From NCBI GenBank assembly GCA_030295235.1, contig AP026162.1, positions 1,798,001 to 1,862,000 on the forward strand: 64,000 nucleotides of DNA, written 5' to 3'. Source of the stretch: Fistulifera solaris (taxonomy: Eukaryota). Both the position numbers and the translations under genes were made by a program. Shown here in pieces: positions 49,425 through 60,954 of the stretch (positions within the stretch are counted from its first letter, which is position 1; each line of letters begins with the position of its first letter). The notes under the pieces were generated by a model. That model ran no database searches and was not told the DNA's origin. It was given only the letters and a program-made list of their open reading frames with translations.

Positions 49425-50563
49425 TCAGTCGACGCGGTAACGCTGCTCTTCCTTAGCATATTGAGTGAAACCTACAGCATCCTTCGTCTCAGCGAAGGAG
49501 AGGATCAAATCATCAGTTGGAAGCCCGTCCCTTATACGTTCCAGAGACGTTTGCATCGCTTTGATGGACGCTGAAAGCAGAGTCAAAGGATAAGCAGCAA
49601 CTGTGTAACCCATCTGTTTCAACCTTTGTGGGGGTAATATAGGCGTCGCACCCATTTCAAGCATATTGGCAAGTTTTGGACCGGGAACTCTGCGACAGTA
49701 TTCTTCCATTTGTTCTACCGACTCTGGAGCTTCCAGAAACGTCATATCACATCCTGCTTCACGAAACGCCAAACAGCGCTCGATTGCCGCTTCAAAGCCA
49801 TCCGTTTTCAGTGCATCCGTGCGAGCAAGTATCACAGGACCCGAGCCTTTCCCAAATTGTTGTTCGTATTCATCTCTCGCGTCACAAGCTGCTCGCACTC
49901 GTTGAACAGCTTCATCAAACGAAACGACAGATTTCCCCGCAACGTGGCCACATCGCTTCGGAGCTACCTGATCTTCAATCATAATACCGGCCATTCCGGC
50001 TCTAGCGTATCCGAAAACCGTTCTTTTGACATTCATAGCATTTCCGTATCCTGTAAGATGGATAAAAACGATTGTGATAATGAAGCGAGAAACTTTACGA
50101 GCTACACATGGCACCGTTCCAACGAACCTGTGTCACCATCAGCAATACAAGGAATGGGTTCCGTCCCTTGCTCTAGTGCTACCGAAGACAAACCTTCGGC
50201 GACCGAAAAGCAAGCCGACTGCATTTCCCCGTACGACACAAGCTGCGTATCCGGGTAGCCATTGGCGCCCGAGACACCGAACCCCGTCATAAACGTCGCC
50301 TCAAAACCAGCCCGAGCCACCAAACGCGCCGTGAGTCCATCATAACAGCATGGAAGAAGAATCGGTTTGTCGGATTGTCGTACACCCTCCATCTCTGCCT
50401 GTAATAGATTCCGCAGTCGCTGCGGTGGAGGGCAAGCCATGGCGGGCGTGTGCGACGAAGCACCGACCCAAGAAAGGTTCCCTGTAGTCAGCGAAACGGT
50501 CAGAAAAGCTATGGAAAAGAAAGACACATGTACATAGTCATGTTTTGCGTGAAATGAATTCAT
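49425..50563 (-). CDS. Isocitrate lyase / PEP mutase superfamily enzyme (2,3-dimethylmalate or methylisocitrate lyase-like)
   Basis: CYDGLTARL, IADGDTG-YGN across an intron, IEDQVAPKRCGH, ARTDA, FLEA. Confidence 0.9.
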
Positions 50564-50898
50564 GGCTTTAGATTTGAATGACGACCTGTCCTCGCATCAT
50601 TGTGTCAAAAAATCTTTTCTTTTTTTTTGCGATGGAATGCATCTAAACATTGTCGTAGCGGTTTCAATCACTTTTCAATATATATAAAACGGTATTAGAA
50701 TTCAAGCACATTCCCATAAGATAAAATGTCAACGGATCGGTCGATTTTCGCGAGTTTATTGTGAGGTTGTGAGGTGCGCATTACGCTGCAATACGCAAGA
50801 GTGTGATAGCAATAAGCGTCGGCAGTAAGTCAACTAATCAGCTTCTCGCTCATCATTATTTCGGTAAACAGCTTCATTCGATCAACAACAACCGAGAA

Positions 50899-52548
50899 AT
50901 GATACCTTCTTTGTCTTTAGAGACAGCCGAGCTCGCGGAAGACTTATCCTCGTTCAAATCGTTGACCGATTTTCAAAAGGAAATTTACTCGCTCTACCAA
51001 TCGAAACAATGGAAGAGCGCCGAGATTCTGGCCCGTTTCGATCTGTCTCATTGTATCTCAAATGGAAAAAGTCAACATTTTTCGCTGGCGATTCTCGCCG
51101 AGTGTGCTTGGGAACAACATCAATACGTGCATGCGAAGCAATTCTATCAGAGACTCTACGCGTACGACGAGAACCAGTACCGATGGAAAGAAGCACAGTG
51201 TTTGCACAAACTCGGATGTCCCGTGGAAGCCGCCGGTGTGTTAGAACAAATACCACACAACTGTCGGACACTGTCCATGAATATGATGTTGGGGGATTTG
51301 TATGAGGCGAACACGAGACATTCCTCGGCGACGGCGGCCTATTTGCACGCCTTGCGACAAAATCCCTTTGCTTTGGAAGCCGCGGAACGTCTCGCGAAAC
51401 TGGGAGCCGATCGGAATGTCATTTTAGACGCCATGAACGAAGGAGCGCGGAGCAAAGGAATCGGTCCATCTGCTGAACTGGAAAACGTGCAAGAGCTGGT
51501 TTCGGCATTGGTCGCCAAACACAAGTTTCAGACCGCTACGGCGTTGCAACAGCTCACCAAATTGGGACAGATATATCCGGATAACATTTATTTGCTGTTG
51601 AAGCTGGCGAATGTGCATCTGTGTATGAGCGATCCTCGGAGTGCCGAAATGACATTTGAGCGTATTCGATCGCAAGAAATAACTCAAATAGATAGCATGG
51701 ATCAATATGCGCACATTCTCGGACGAGAACACCGAATTGATGATCTGAATGCCTTGGCGGAATCGCTTCTTGCTGTTGACGACAAACGACCGGAAGCTTG
51801 GGCCACTCTTGCTATTTACTACGAAGCACTGGAAGATCATGGCAAAGCAACAACTTTTCTAGAAAAAGCGATTGCTCTCGACCAGAGACACGCCTTTTCG
51901 TTTCGGTTACGCGGGGCTATGCTCATGACAGATGGACGTCCCGAACACGCATCTGTGGCCTTCTTTCGATCCAACATTATTGAAGCGGACATTGCAAACT
52001 ATGAAGGGCTTGTCGATGCGTATATAGCAGCCGGAAAGTTCAAAGAAGCAATTGCATCAGCGAAAGAGGCTATCTCGTTGGCGCCTCGTGATCCTCGTGC
52101 CATTACTTTAGTTGGCTTGGCGCTCGCACACGGTTCCACGGATCGACAAGGTGGACCGAACGGACAGGGGCTCGATAAGGCCAAACGGACATTACGAAAA
52201 GCACTTTCGTTTAATCCCAGCTCTCTGCGTCCGCTCTTTGCTCTCATTGATCTGTATATCCGGGAAGGTGAAATTGATTCGGCAATCGAGGTATTGCAAC
52301 AAGGTCTGGAAGGGTCCAGTTGTGTTCAGAACGACATGTACGGACTCGATCATATTTCAAATCGTCTAGGAGAGGTGTACGCCCTCGGAGAGCGCTACTT
52401 GGATGCCATTACATGTTTTCATAAAGCCTTGGGAATCAATCCAGAGCTACATGAAGCACAAAGGAATCTTGACAGAGTGGAGAAACTAATACGTGGACAT
52501 GAACCTGAATCGCTGGACGATCTTTCCGTCGAATCTCCCCACCTCTAG
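50899..52548 (+). CDS. APC7: Anaphase-promoting complex subunit 7
   Basis: TPR array with ALRQNPFALEA, MDQYAHIL, RPEAW, YEGLVDAY. Confidence 0.8.
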   Translation: MIPSLSLETAELAEDLSSFKSLTDFQKEIYSLYQSKQWKSAEILARFDLSHCISNGKSQHFSLAILAECAWEQHQYVHAKQFYQRLYAYDENQYRWKEAQCLHKLGCPVEAAGVLEQIPHNCRTLSMNMMLGDLYEANTRHSSATAAYLHALRQNPFALEAAERLAKLGADRNVILDAMNEGARSKGIGPSAELENVQELVSALVAKHKFQTATALQQLTKLGQIYPDNIYLLLKLANVHLCMSDPRSAEMTFERIRSQEITQIDSMDQYAHILGREHRIDDLNALAESLLAVDDKRPEAWATLAIYYEALEDHGKATTFLEKAIALDQRHAFSFRLRGAMLMTDGRPEHASVAFFRSNIIEADIANYEGLVDAYIAAGKFKEAIASAKEAISLAPRDPRAITLVGLALAHGSTDRQGGPNGQGLDKAKRTLRKALSFNPSSLRPLFALIDLYIREGEIDSAIEVLQQGLEGSSCVQNDMYGLDHISNRLGEVYALGERYLDAITCFHKALGINPELHEAQRNLDRVEKLIRGHEPESLDDLSVESPHL

Positions 52549-52636
52549 CTATAATCATAAGCAACTTTTAAAAGAGCGTAAAGCTGTCATCTGTGTTTTT
52601 CTAAAATTACAATAATTGATTATGCGAATTCGCAAA

Positions 52637-54338
52637 TTATCTGCGAGCGCGACCGTTTCGTCGTTTGCGACTATTGTTCTCCTCCTGCTCCAACATGAAC
52701 ATGGCGCTGAGCTCCTTGAGCGTAGCTTGCTTTCCCTCAATGCTTTCTGTCTTTCTCAAGTGAGCCATAGGTCCATGAAGTAGTTTGTTTACAATACCCC
52801 GCGAAAGGCGCTCCACAGCCTCGAGCTCTTTGTCGCTCAAGTTGGCACTCGAAAGTCTACGTGTGCACTTCTTCAACTCCTCTTGTCGGAATTCGTTCGC
52901 GCGCTCCTGTAGCTGATAAATGGTAGGGATGGTCGATAGGGCCTCGCGCCAGGCAATAAAAGACTCGGCTTCTTCCTGCAAAAGTTTTTCGGCCTCGAGG
53001 ATTTCTCGTTGACGCATGGCAGTGTTTCTTGCCACAACCGCCTTGAGGTCATCCACATTGTAAGCTTTTACGTTGGGGATCTGGAACAACACGAAATAGT
53101 TAGAAATGAAACGCAGCAATCATTCAAATAGTACTTGTACGTCAAGTTTTCTTACCTCGTTGCAGTTCTCATTCACATTACGGGGGACCGAGATATCCAC
53201 CAACATGAGGGGCCGTCCCCCAACCAGTCCGTTGACATCCAACTTTTGCTCGTCAATCACGTAATCAACACAGGATGTAGCGGTGTAAACAATGTCGGAT
53301 CGTCCGACAACGTCCCACAAGTCATCCATTAGTTTGATTTCAATGTCAATATCAGGAAATTGTTCCTGAAGCTCCTTGGGTCGATCCAGGGATCGATTGA
53401 CAATGGTAATCTTCTCCAAGCCACGGGAAGCCAAGTGTGTAATCAACAATCGCGTCATTTTCCCGGCACCCACTGCCGCCAGTCGACACTCCGAAAAGGG
53501 CAGTTTCAAATCCTTCATCGACAACATTTCACTGAGTTCGACGGCCGCCGAGGAGATACTCACCGAGCCTTTGGAAATGGCCGTTTCCGAACGCACACGC
53601 TTCCCCGCCGCCACCGCGTTATTCAAAAGACGCGAAAGTACTTTTCCACCACATCCATCTTCTTCAATGGAATGCAAATGGCACTGTCGGACTTGCGACA
53701 AAATTTGTCCCTCCCCAACAATCAAGGAATCCAAGCCCCCGCGACGCGCATAATGTGCCACACGGCGTCATCGCCCGACAACATGAACAAGTTGCGACGG
53801 AGCGCACTGACGGGAATACCGGATCGTTCCGACAAATACTGCGTGACATGGGCCATGGCGGCGCGTGCGTCGGTCGCGGCATAGTATACTTCGAATCGAT
53901 TGCACGTACTGAGGACGGCGGCCTCATTGACCTTGCCGTTGGCACAAATTTCGTTCGACGCCGCATTCCATTCGGCTTCGGGAATGGCGAGTTTTTCGCG
54001 GACTTCGACTTCGGCGTGGTGAATCGAGAGTCCGACGACGTGCACTTGCAATCCTTTGGTGGCGGCTTCGAGTCGTTCCTGTGCATGACGACAAGAAAGT
54101 GTCAGAACAACAGAGAGACGAGTCGATTTCTCGACTTTTTTCCAGCACAATTGACACGTACCTCACGTGTCTTCTTTTTCGTCTCCCCATTAATCATTTC
54201 TCCGGTCGCAATCATGGATAGTTGTGGTGAAGGCGATATTACGGTCGAAGAAAGAGCCGCCGAAGGAAGGGGTGCTACAAAGGCGCTCACTGGCGCCATA
54301 GCAAGAAGGCTTAGAAGTACGCTCGTAACGAACTTCAT
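52637..54338 (-). CDS. hemA: Glutamyl-tRNA reductase, plastid-targeted
   Basis: VSA-FVAP presequence; LSTCNRFEVY, GLDSLIVGEGQILSQV, GAGKM, DISVPRNV, NKLLHGP; introns near 54080-54160 and 53081-53155. Confidence 0.97.
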
Positions 54339-54799
54339 TCTCTTGACTATTTTTGCAAATTGAATATGAAACTCGAATTAAATGATGATAGAATCAATCG
54401 AACCAACACACACTCTTTGAAAGAATGTCGTCGATTTATTCCGGTGACCATGTTGCACCGCTGCCAGCGAAAAAAGTGCTCGAGAACGCATTGCGACAAA
54501 CGATGGGTTTTACGTAGAATGCCGTTGGAATGGTACGTCGTTCGTTCAGATGTTACTTCAACTTGGCGGAATGGATTTCACTTCAAGAGCCTGTAATGTA
54601 TTATAGATCGAGGTACCTGCTAAGTACTTCCTACGGACGAGAACAGACGACGAGGAAGGAGGACGAAAAAAAATGAATAACGCGAGAGTGATGTGTTCGC
54701 AACGAAAAAAGGTCAGCGGCATCGTTCCTAATACTGTAAAAATCCAAATAGATAGACTCATTCTTGTATGAATTAACCAACAAGCAACACTATTCACTC

Positions 54800-55731
54800 A
54801 TGGGCTCGTCAGCTTCAACGCCACAAAAGAACGAAGCCACACCGGCGGCACCGACGGAAGAAGTCTATCCGACTCCGACGGGCCACGAATACGACACCAT
54901 CGACAAACTAGCGTCCGAATTACCCCACATTATTGATGATGAAAGTCGACAACAAGTAGAAGACTACAAACAAGCTTGTGATGATGGAAAGGGACCCATG
55001 GTAGCGTGTTTTTCGACCGCCGAATATCTCAGTCTCTTTGAACGAAAACACAAAGAAGCGGCCGATCTGTACCGCAATGTCTGTTTCCGACCCAAAGAAG
55101 ACAAGAGTCCCAACCGAATGCTCGTCGACGGCACTATGGCGTATCCACCTGGTTGTTATAATTTAGGGAAAATGCTCATGACCGGCAAGGGGTCGTGCAG
55201 TACGATCGCGACGAGGCGTACCGGTTGCTCGATCGGGCGTGTCGGGGGGAACACGGAGGTGCGTGCTATTTGCAAGCCCAGATCCTGTGTTCGCGACCCG
55301 GATCCCTTGGCAAGAACATTCCGCACGACCCACACAAGGCCATGGAACTCTATCAAAAGACGTGCGATCAAGGTGATTCGATTAGTTGTTATACTTTGGC
55401 CACCATGTTATTGCGCGGGGACCGTGTGTCGAAATCAGCCAACAATGTGTCACCCCAAGAGGCACGGGGCGAAGCGCCTCTGGTGAAACGCGAAAATGAA
55501 GAAGATCGGCGTCGTGTTCCCGAACAAGATCCGTACGTGATTCCGCGGAATCCGAAACGCGCCGAGAAATTACTGGAGCATGCTTGCAATACAGGTTCGC
55601 ACATTACTTCCTGTCACAATCTAGCGGTCATGTACACACACGGAGACGATGGGGTGGATCCAGATCCCGAAAAAGCGGAGCAATACAAGAAAATGACGTT
55701 GGCCAAGATCAATATGTTTGGCGGGTTTTGA
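54800..55731 (+). CDS. Sel1-repeat protein, COA7-like
   Basis: Cys-paired Sel1 repeats (GCYNLG, ACYL, SCYTLA, SCHNLAVMY); frameshift near 55193. Confidence 0.75.
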
Positions 55732-56050
55732 TAAGCGAGGTCAAGCGTGTCGACCGCGAACTTGTAGAAAGCACTTTAAAGTGATAAACTAGAGCACAAA
55801 TAATCATGTTAGTTGATCTAGTTCCTAGTTCATCAGGAGAACATCGCCTTGTCGTTTTGAATGCCGCATAGAAGCTCATAACCTCATGTTCGTAGCCAAG
55901 TGTTGGACAGAAGGTCAGATGCCGAAGAAAAAACTTGCATTCCAACACCAACACAAAAGAAAAAACACAACTGAGCAACGACAACATCAATTATTGTGGA
56001 GTAGACTTGGAAACACCTTTTTTCAACATACTACAAGGCTACCGTGAACA

Positions 56051-57025
56051 ATGGTTGTTTTTACGTGCGATGGTTGTGGTGACATTTTGAAGAAAAATCA
56101 GGTGGACAATCACGCCAACCGATGTCGTCGATGCGATTCGGTCAGTTGTGTTGATTGTGCTGTTTCATTCTACGGAGGTAGGTTTTATTGCTAGTAGATG
56201 CGTTCGTTTTTCCAAGTGATGGAGACTTTGTTCGAGCTCGAATGGCATCTTTGCCGTGGGAGTTTCAAAATGTTTTAATTAAACTCTGATGGACAACCAG
56301 GCGGGTGGCGTTTGACTGATTACTTGAAAGATTTTTCTCAGGTCATTAATTTCTCTTTTGATTAGACGATTATCGAAAGCATACATCATGCTTAACAGAA
56401 GTCGAGCGGTACGAGAAAAGGACGCCTTCGTCCAAGCCAGCGAAAACCAATCCTCAGGATCAGTGGATGGAACTGATACGTGATTCGATTGCGACAGCAC
56501 CGGGGCATTTGAAGCATTACTTGGAAACCATGGCGGGCTTGGATAATGTTCCTCGCAAAGAAAAGCAATTTCGTAACTTTACCACAAACTCGCTGAATTT
56601 GAGTAAGAATAAGGGAGCAGAGAATATTGTTTCGGGAATTTGGAGCCATTTGAAAGGATTACGAGAGAAACAATTAGCCGAACGAGCTGAAGCACAGGCT
56701 AAGGTAAAGAAGGGCGAAGATTTAGTCGACACAAAAAGTGTTGAAGACGACCCGATAGAAGAGAAAGTGACATCGGACGATGGTAAAAGCAGCAAGGGGA
56801 AACTGGATGCGAAAACGGTCAAGAAAGCAATGAAAAAAGTGTTGAAGAAATCGAAAGATAGATCGATGACTGAAAAACGTCTTCGAAAAAGCCGTACAAG
56901 AGCACCTCGGGCTATCGAAAGATTCGAAATCAGATATCAAAGCACTTGTTAAGACCACTGTGGCTAGCTCGAAGGATGCTGTTTTTGAGGTGAACGGGAA
57001 AACCATCTCGTTGAAAGTAGATTGA
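56051..57025 (+). CDS. LYAR: LYAR-type C2HC zinc-finger nucleolar protein
   Basis: Exon 1 MVVFTCDGCGDILKKNQVDNHANRC..SCVDCAVSFYG, intron 56178-56365, exon 2 DDYRKHTSCLTEVERYE..NVPRKEKQFRNF. Confidence 0.92.
56211..56293 (+). ncRNA. Intronic box C/D snoRNA, predicted LSU rRNA 2'-O-methylation guide
   Basis: TCCA/TGGA terminal stem, box C GTGATGG 56216-56222, box D CTGA 56286-56289; guide TGTTTTAATTAAAC is complementary to conserved LSU GUUUAAUUAAAACA. Confidence 0.85.
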
Positions 57026-57251
57026 GTGGAGATAGATAACGGAATATCATGTAGATTATTGTAGTTTTCATAAGGGATACGGTGACAATCTGGTTCATTG
57101 TCTCTGAGAACCGACACTTTGGGTCCATGCCATAGTGCTAGCAATCATTGCAACAACAACTAATGGAGCTCAAGAGAAGTGGACGAACGAGCGAATGTAG
57201 GTAACATTGTCACTCGATTAAGAATACTAGCCGCCTGCGGGGAGCTTTTTA

Positions 57252-57966
57252 CGCGCTGCAGGCTGCATGTACAAACGGATTGCAAGGAGGTAGTCTCACG
57301 ACTGAAATCCAGTCGTGGATTCGTACAACCAACTGTTTGGATCATAGTAAAACGATGAAGGCCAGGATTCGAAGACAATGCCGGCTGAAATCGCAATTGC
57401 GCGAAATTCCAAGGTGAGAGCACAATTAGTTTTGGATCTATTGCTGTTATGAGACTATAATCAAACGCGAAAAAAGACAAAAAATTCGCGCTGCAGGCTG
57501 CATGTACAAAAGGATTGATGCAGTCACATGACTGAAATTCAGTCGTGGATTCGTACAACCAACTGTTTGGATCATAGTAAAAACATGAAGGTCAGGGCTC
57601 GAAGACATTGCCGGCTGAAATCGCAACTGTGCGAAATTCCAAGGTGAGAGCACAATTAGTTTTGGATCTATTGTTGTAATGAGACTATAATCAAACGCGA
57701 AAAAAGACAAAAAAATTCGAGCTGCATGCTGCACGTACAAAAGGATTGATGCAGTCACAAGACAGAAATCCAGTCGTGGATTCGTACAACCAACTGTTTG
57801 CATGATAGTAAAACATGATGGTCAGGACTCGAAGACATTGCCGGCTGAAATCGCAATTGCGCGAAATTCCAAGGTGAGCTCATAATTAGCTTTGGATCTC
57901 TTATTGTGGGGACTAATGAGACTATTAGCAAACGCGAAAAAGACAAAAAAATCGCGGCAGGCTGCA
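57252..57966. repeat. Tandem array, ~231-236 bp unit, 3 copies (same family as 15106-15643)
   Basis: CGCGCTGCAGGCTGCA variants at about 57252, 57487, 57718 and 57954. Confidence 0.93.
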
Positions 57967-58213
57967 GGTCTTTTCTAAAATTTGGGAGTCGTCGTCCCTT
58001 TATTTTGAGGCAGACGGAAATGCTGATTTACCAGTTTACTGTGTTTTTTGCTGTGTGCTCATGACCCAATAATTTTTTTCCGTGGTTATGCGGTTGCGAT
58101 GTGATGCCGCGGTGCGGGGCGGCCCATAAAATCTTTTTGACAATGAATGCAAAACTGGAGATTGCCTCTCATTTTTCCTTTTCAACGAGAAATCAGCACA
58201 GCAAAATGACAAG

Positions 58214-59753
58214 ATGACTTCAGGAAAGGATCAGACTATTTTGCTGGAAAATAGCCGCTCCGTCGCATTCCGAGACTTACCCCCATCCCCAAAGGCGCGG
58301 ACGATGGGAATTATGGTACCATTCTCTTGATGTATCAATACGTCGAACCATCTTGGGGCAAAAAGGAACACAAAAAAGCTCTAAAGAAAATCATTGAATT
58401 AGGCCAGAAGCTGAATATCACGGGACGGGGTCGTGTAGCCCCGGAAGGAGTTAATTTTACATTGAGTGGAATGCCGAAGGATGTCCGCGCGTTCTGCACA
58501 GCTCTGCGAGAGTGGAATCCCTTATTCAATGAGACAGATTTCAAGTTAACTGACTGGTTACCCAAAGACAAGCTTTTTAAAAGTCTATCGATACGCAAAA
58601 CGGAAGAACTTGTCGCATACGGATTAGCGGGAGACGACAAGGCCCCTTCGCTTAAAAAATTTGCCGGCACCCATCTCGAAGCAGACGAATATCACAAGGC
58701 CATGACCGACAAGGATACAGTCATTGTAGATGTTCGGAATGCTTACGAATCAGCGATAGGAAGTTTTCGGCCACCCGAGGGTGGAGCGGAACTGATTGAC
58801 CCCAAAATGAGAAACTCGATCGAATTTCCCAAGTGGCTCAATGACCCAGCCACTCAAGAGAAACTCAATGGCAAGAAAGTCTTGATGTATTGCACCGGAG
58901 GGATTCGGTGTGAACGTGCGACCGCTTTACTGAATCAAATGTCAGCGGTCAATCCCAATCTCAAACCGAAAGAGTGTACCACATGCGTGGAGGGATTGAT
59001 CGATACGTGAAAACGTTTCCCGATGGTGGATTTTGGAAAGGCAAAAACTATTTGTTTGACAGAAGAATGGAACAGATTCCTGGGACAAAGAATCCGACGG
59101 ATGTGGAAGAGGAAGTTGATTCGAAATGTTGTTTGTGTCGACAGAAATGGGCCTCGTATCGTGGCAAGTTCAAGTGCTCGCAGTCTTTGTGTGGGGTTCC
59201 GGTCATTGTGTGCCCCAGTTGTGATGATCGAGCGTTGCGCGAACCGGAGCGCCTGACTTGCGAATTGTGTAAGGAAGGCTACAGGGTTCCAGAGGTTGAA
59301 CCGGATCTGGTTTCGTTGAAACGAAAAGCGGAATGTCTTGCAGAAGGTTTGACTGGAAATGACGCTGACGCTAAGACGAACAGCAGTCCTAGAAAGCGGA
59401 AAACAGAAGAAGTGTCAGAAAAAGGTTCAAGAAAATGCCATCCGGGCCGCTTGTTTCTTTCTAGGTTACCGTTGACCGTAACCAAGGCGAAAATCGAAGA
59501 GTCCCTAGAACTTGTCGCAAAAGTGAAACTTGTGCACTGGCTCACAGATCGTAACTCGGGTGCTTTTTACGGATCATGTCTAGTACAGCTTGAAACAACA
59601 GAAAATCAAGCCGAAGTTCTAAAAATGGCTGCGGAGATCGGAATAAAAATTGACAAGAAGAAGGTCAAAGTTTCTCCTGTGTGGATTCGAGAAGGAGATC
59701 AGTGGCCACCGATGGACTACGTTGATCGTCAATATCCACCTGTTGGACTTTGA
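58214..59753 (+). CDS. TSTD2/TrhO-like rhodanese protein with C-terminal RRM-like domain
   Basis: GRGRVAPEGVN, DVRNAYES.IG, MYCTGGIRCE, GGIDRY, WKGKNYLFDRR, Cys cluster, LFLSRLP..FYGSCLV; frameshifts near 58290 and 58972. Confidence 0.88.
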
Positions 59754-59804
59754 CAAGACCTATGGTGAGTATCGACTTGTCATTTGATACTTGTCTTATC
59801 GATT

Positions 59805-59948
59805 AGAATGATGATACTTGAGCTCCAGCTCACACTCCATTAAGCCGGAGGTGGCTGTGATTGACGAGGCGCTTGTGGGATGGTCGGAGTCAAATACTGT
59901 CCACACTTGCTATATTATTGCCTTTGACGACCAGCTCAATATCTGACT
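59805..59948 (+). ncRNA. Candidate structured box C/D RNA in a 3'-UTR intron
   Basis: Box C ATGATGA 59808-59814, box D CTGA 59943-59946, inner stem TTGAGCT/AGCTCAA, two hairpins; inside GTGAGT (59765) to TTTACAG (60016). Confidence 0.6.
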
Positions 59949-60244
59949 TTACCATTATCATCACGCAATGCGTTTTCCTCACATCGATATCTCACCTTGC
60001 AATTTTCGATTTACAGCTTGTATGCATAAAAGCGAACCTCGGCATTCGACGTTTCTTGTTGAGAAGCAAAGATTATCCAAAGGCACACCATGTAAAGCAC
60101 TCTAGAGTTATAATAAGAAATTTTTGTGTAAGGCTCGATACTGTGGGCTTCCCAACAGTTGATCAGACGCTTTATAGCAGTTTCGAAAGGTCAACGATTA
60201 ATATTTTACTTATTCTGTTCTCAAACAACGTGACAAGAGTATCG

Positions 60245-60832
60245 CTAGTCATCTTCATCGGAGCTGTATCCTGTTAATAAACCTCCAAGTCCAACGTTCT
60301 CGTCTTTTGATTCTTCTTCGACTTGCTTCGAGCTGTCGTTGTCTGTTTGCCCATTTTCTGATATATCTTGCTTTCGCTTCTTGACAATGATCTTTGGTTT
60401 CAAATTACTAGACTGTATTTCCCTTTTCTTTGCAATCACAGTCGCTCGATTCGAAGGAAATTGTTTTGTCGGTTCTATATCGTCGGACAAGGTATTACTG
60501 GCACGATCCGCTTGGGCCGCTTTGAAAGCCGCAATTTCTTCGTTAGCCTCTCGCTGTCGCTCTGTTTCTTCCAGAAGCTTTTGCTTACGGAGAGCCTCCA
60601 AATGCGCACAATCTTCTGCATCCAAAGCCAGTGTCCCTCTCATCATAGCTATTTGTTGTTCGGCTCGTTCGGCTTCCTCTTGTTCCTTGTTAGCGCGCAG
60701 CTGCTCGAAGAGTGGCTTGTGCGATTCTTTGTAGGAGGACGTACCCACATCGGAACCCTCGACCGGTGTTTCATCGTAAGTTCCGTCATCTCGAGACGTC
60801 TGAACAGTTTTAGATACAAAAGAGAGGCTCAT
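60245..60832 (-). CDS. FAM192A / PSME3IP1 (Nip30) family protein
   Basis: FVS.., KPLFEQLRANKEQ..ALDAED..L, C-terminal LLTGYSSDEDD. Confidence 0.8.
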   Translation of the reverse strand: MSLSFVSKTVQTSRDDGTYDETPVEGSDVGTSSYKESHKPLFEQLRANKEQEEAERAEQQIAMMRGTLALDAEDCAHLEALRKQKLLEETERQREANEEIAAFKAAQADRASNTLSDDIEPTKQFPSNRATVIAKKREIQSSNLKPKIIVKKRKQDISENGQTDNDSSKQVEEESKDENVGLGGLLTGYSSDEDD

Positions 60833-60954
60833 TCTTTGCTAAAATGAGGTAGCACAAGTTACACCTCGTATTTACAACCAATAACAACTCTTACTTGTTA
60901 TATCCTCATCATCGCATCTATCGTCGTTGTATCGTCAACCGAGTCACGAAGGCA

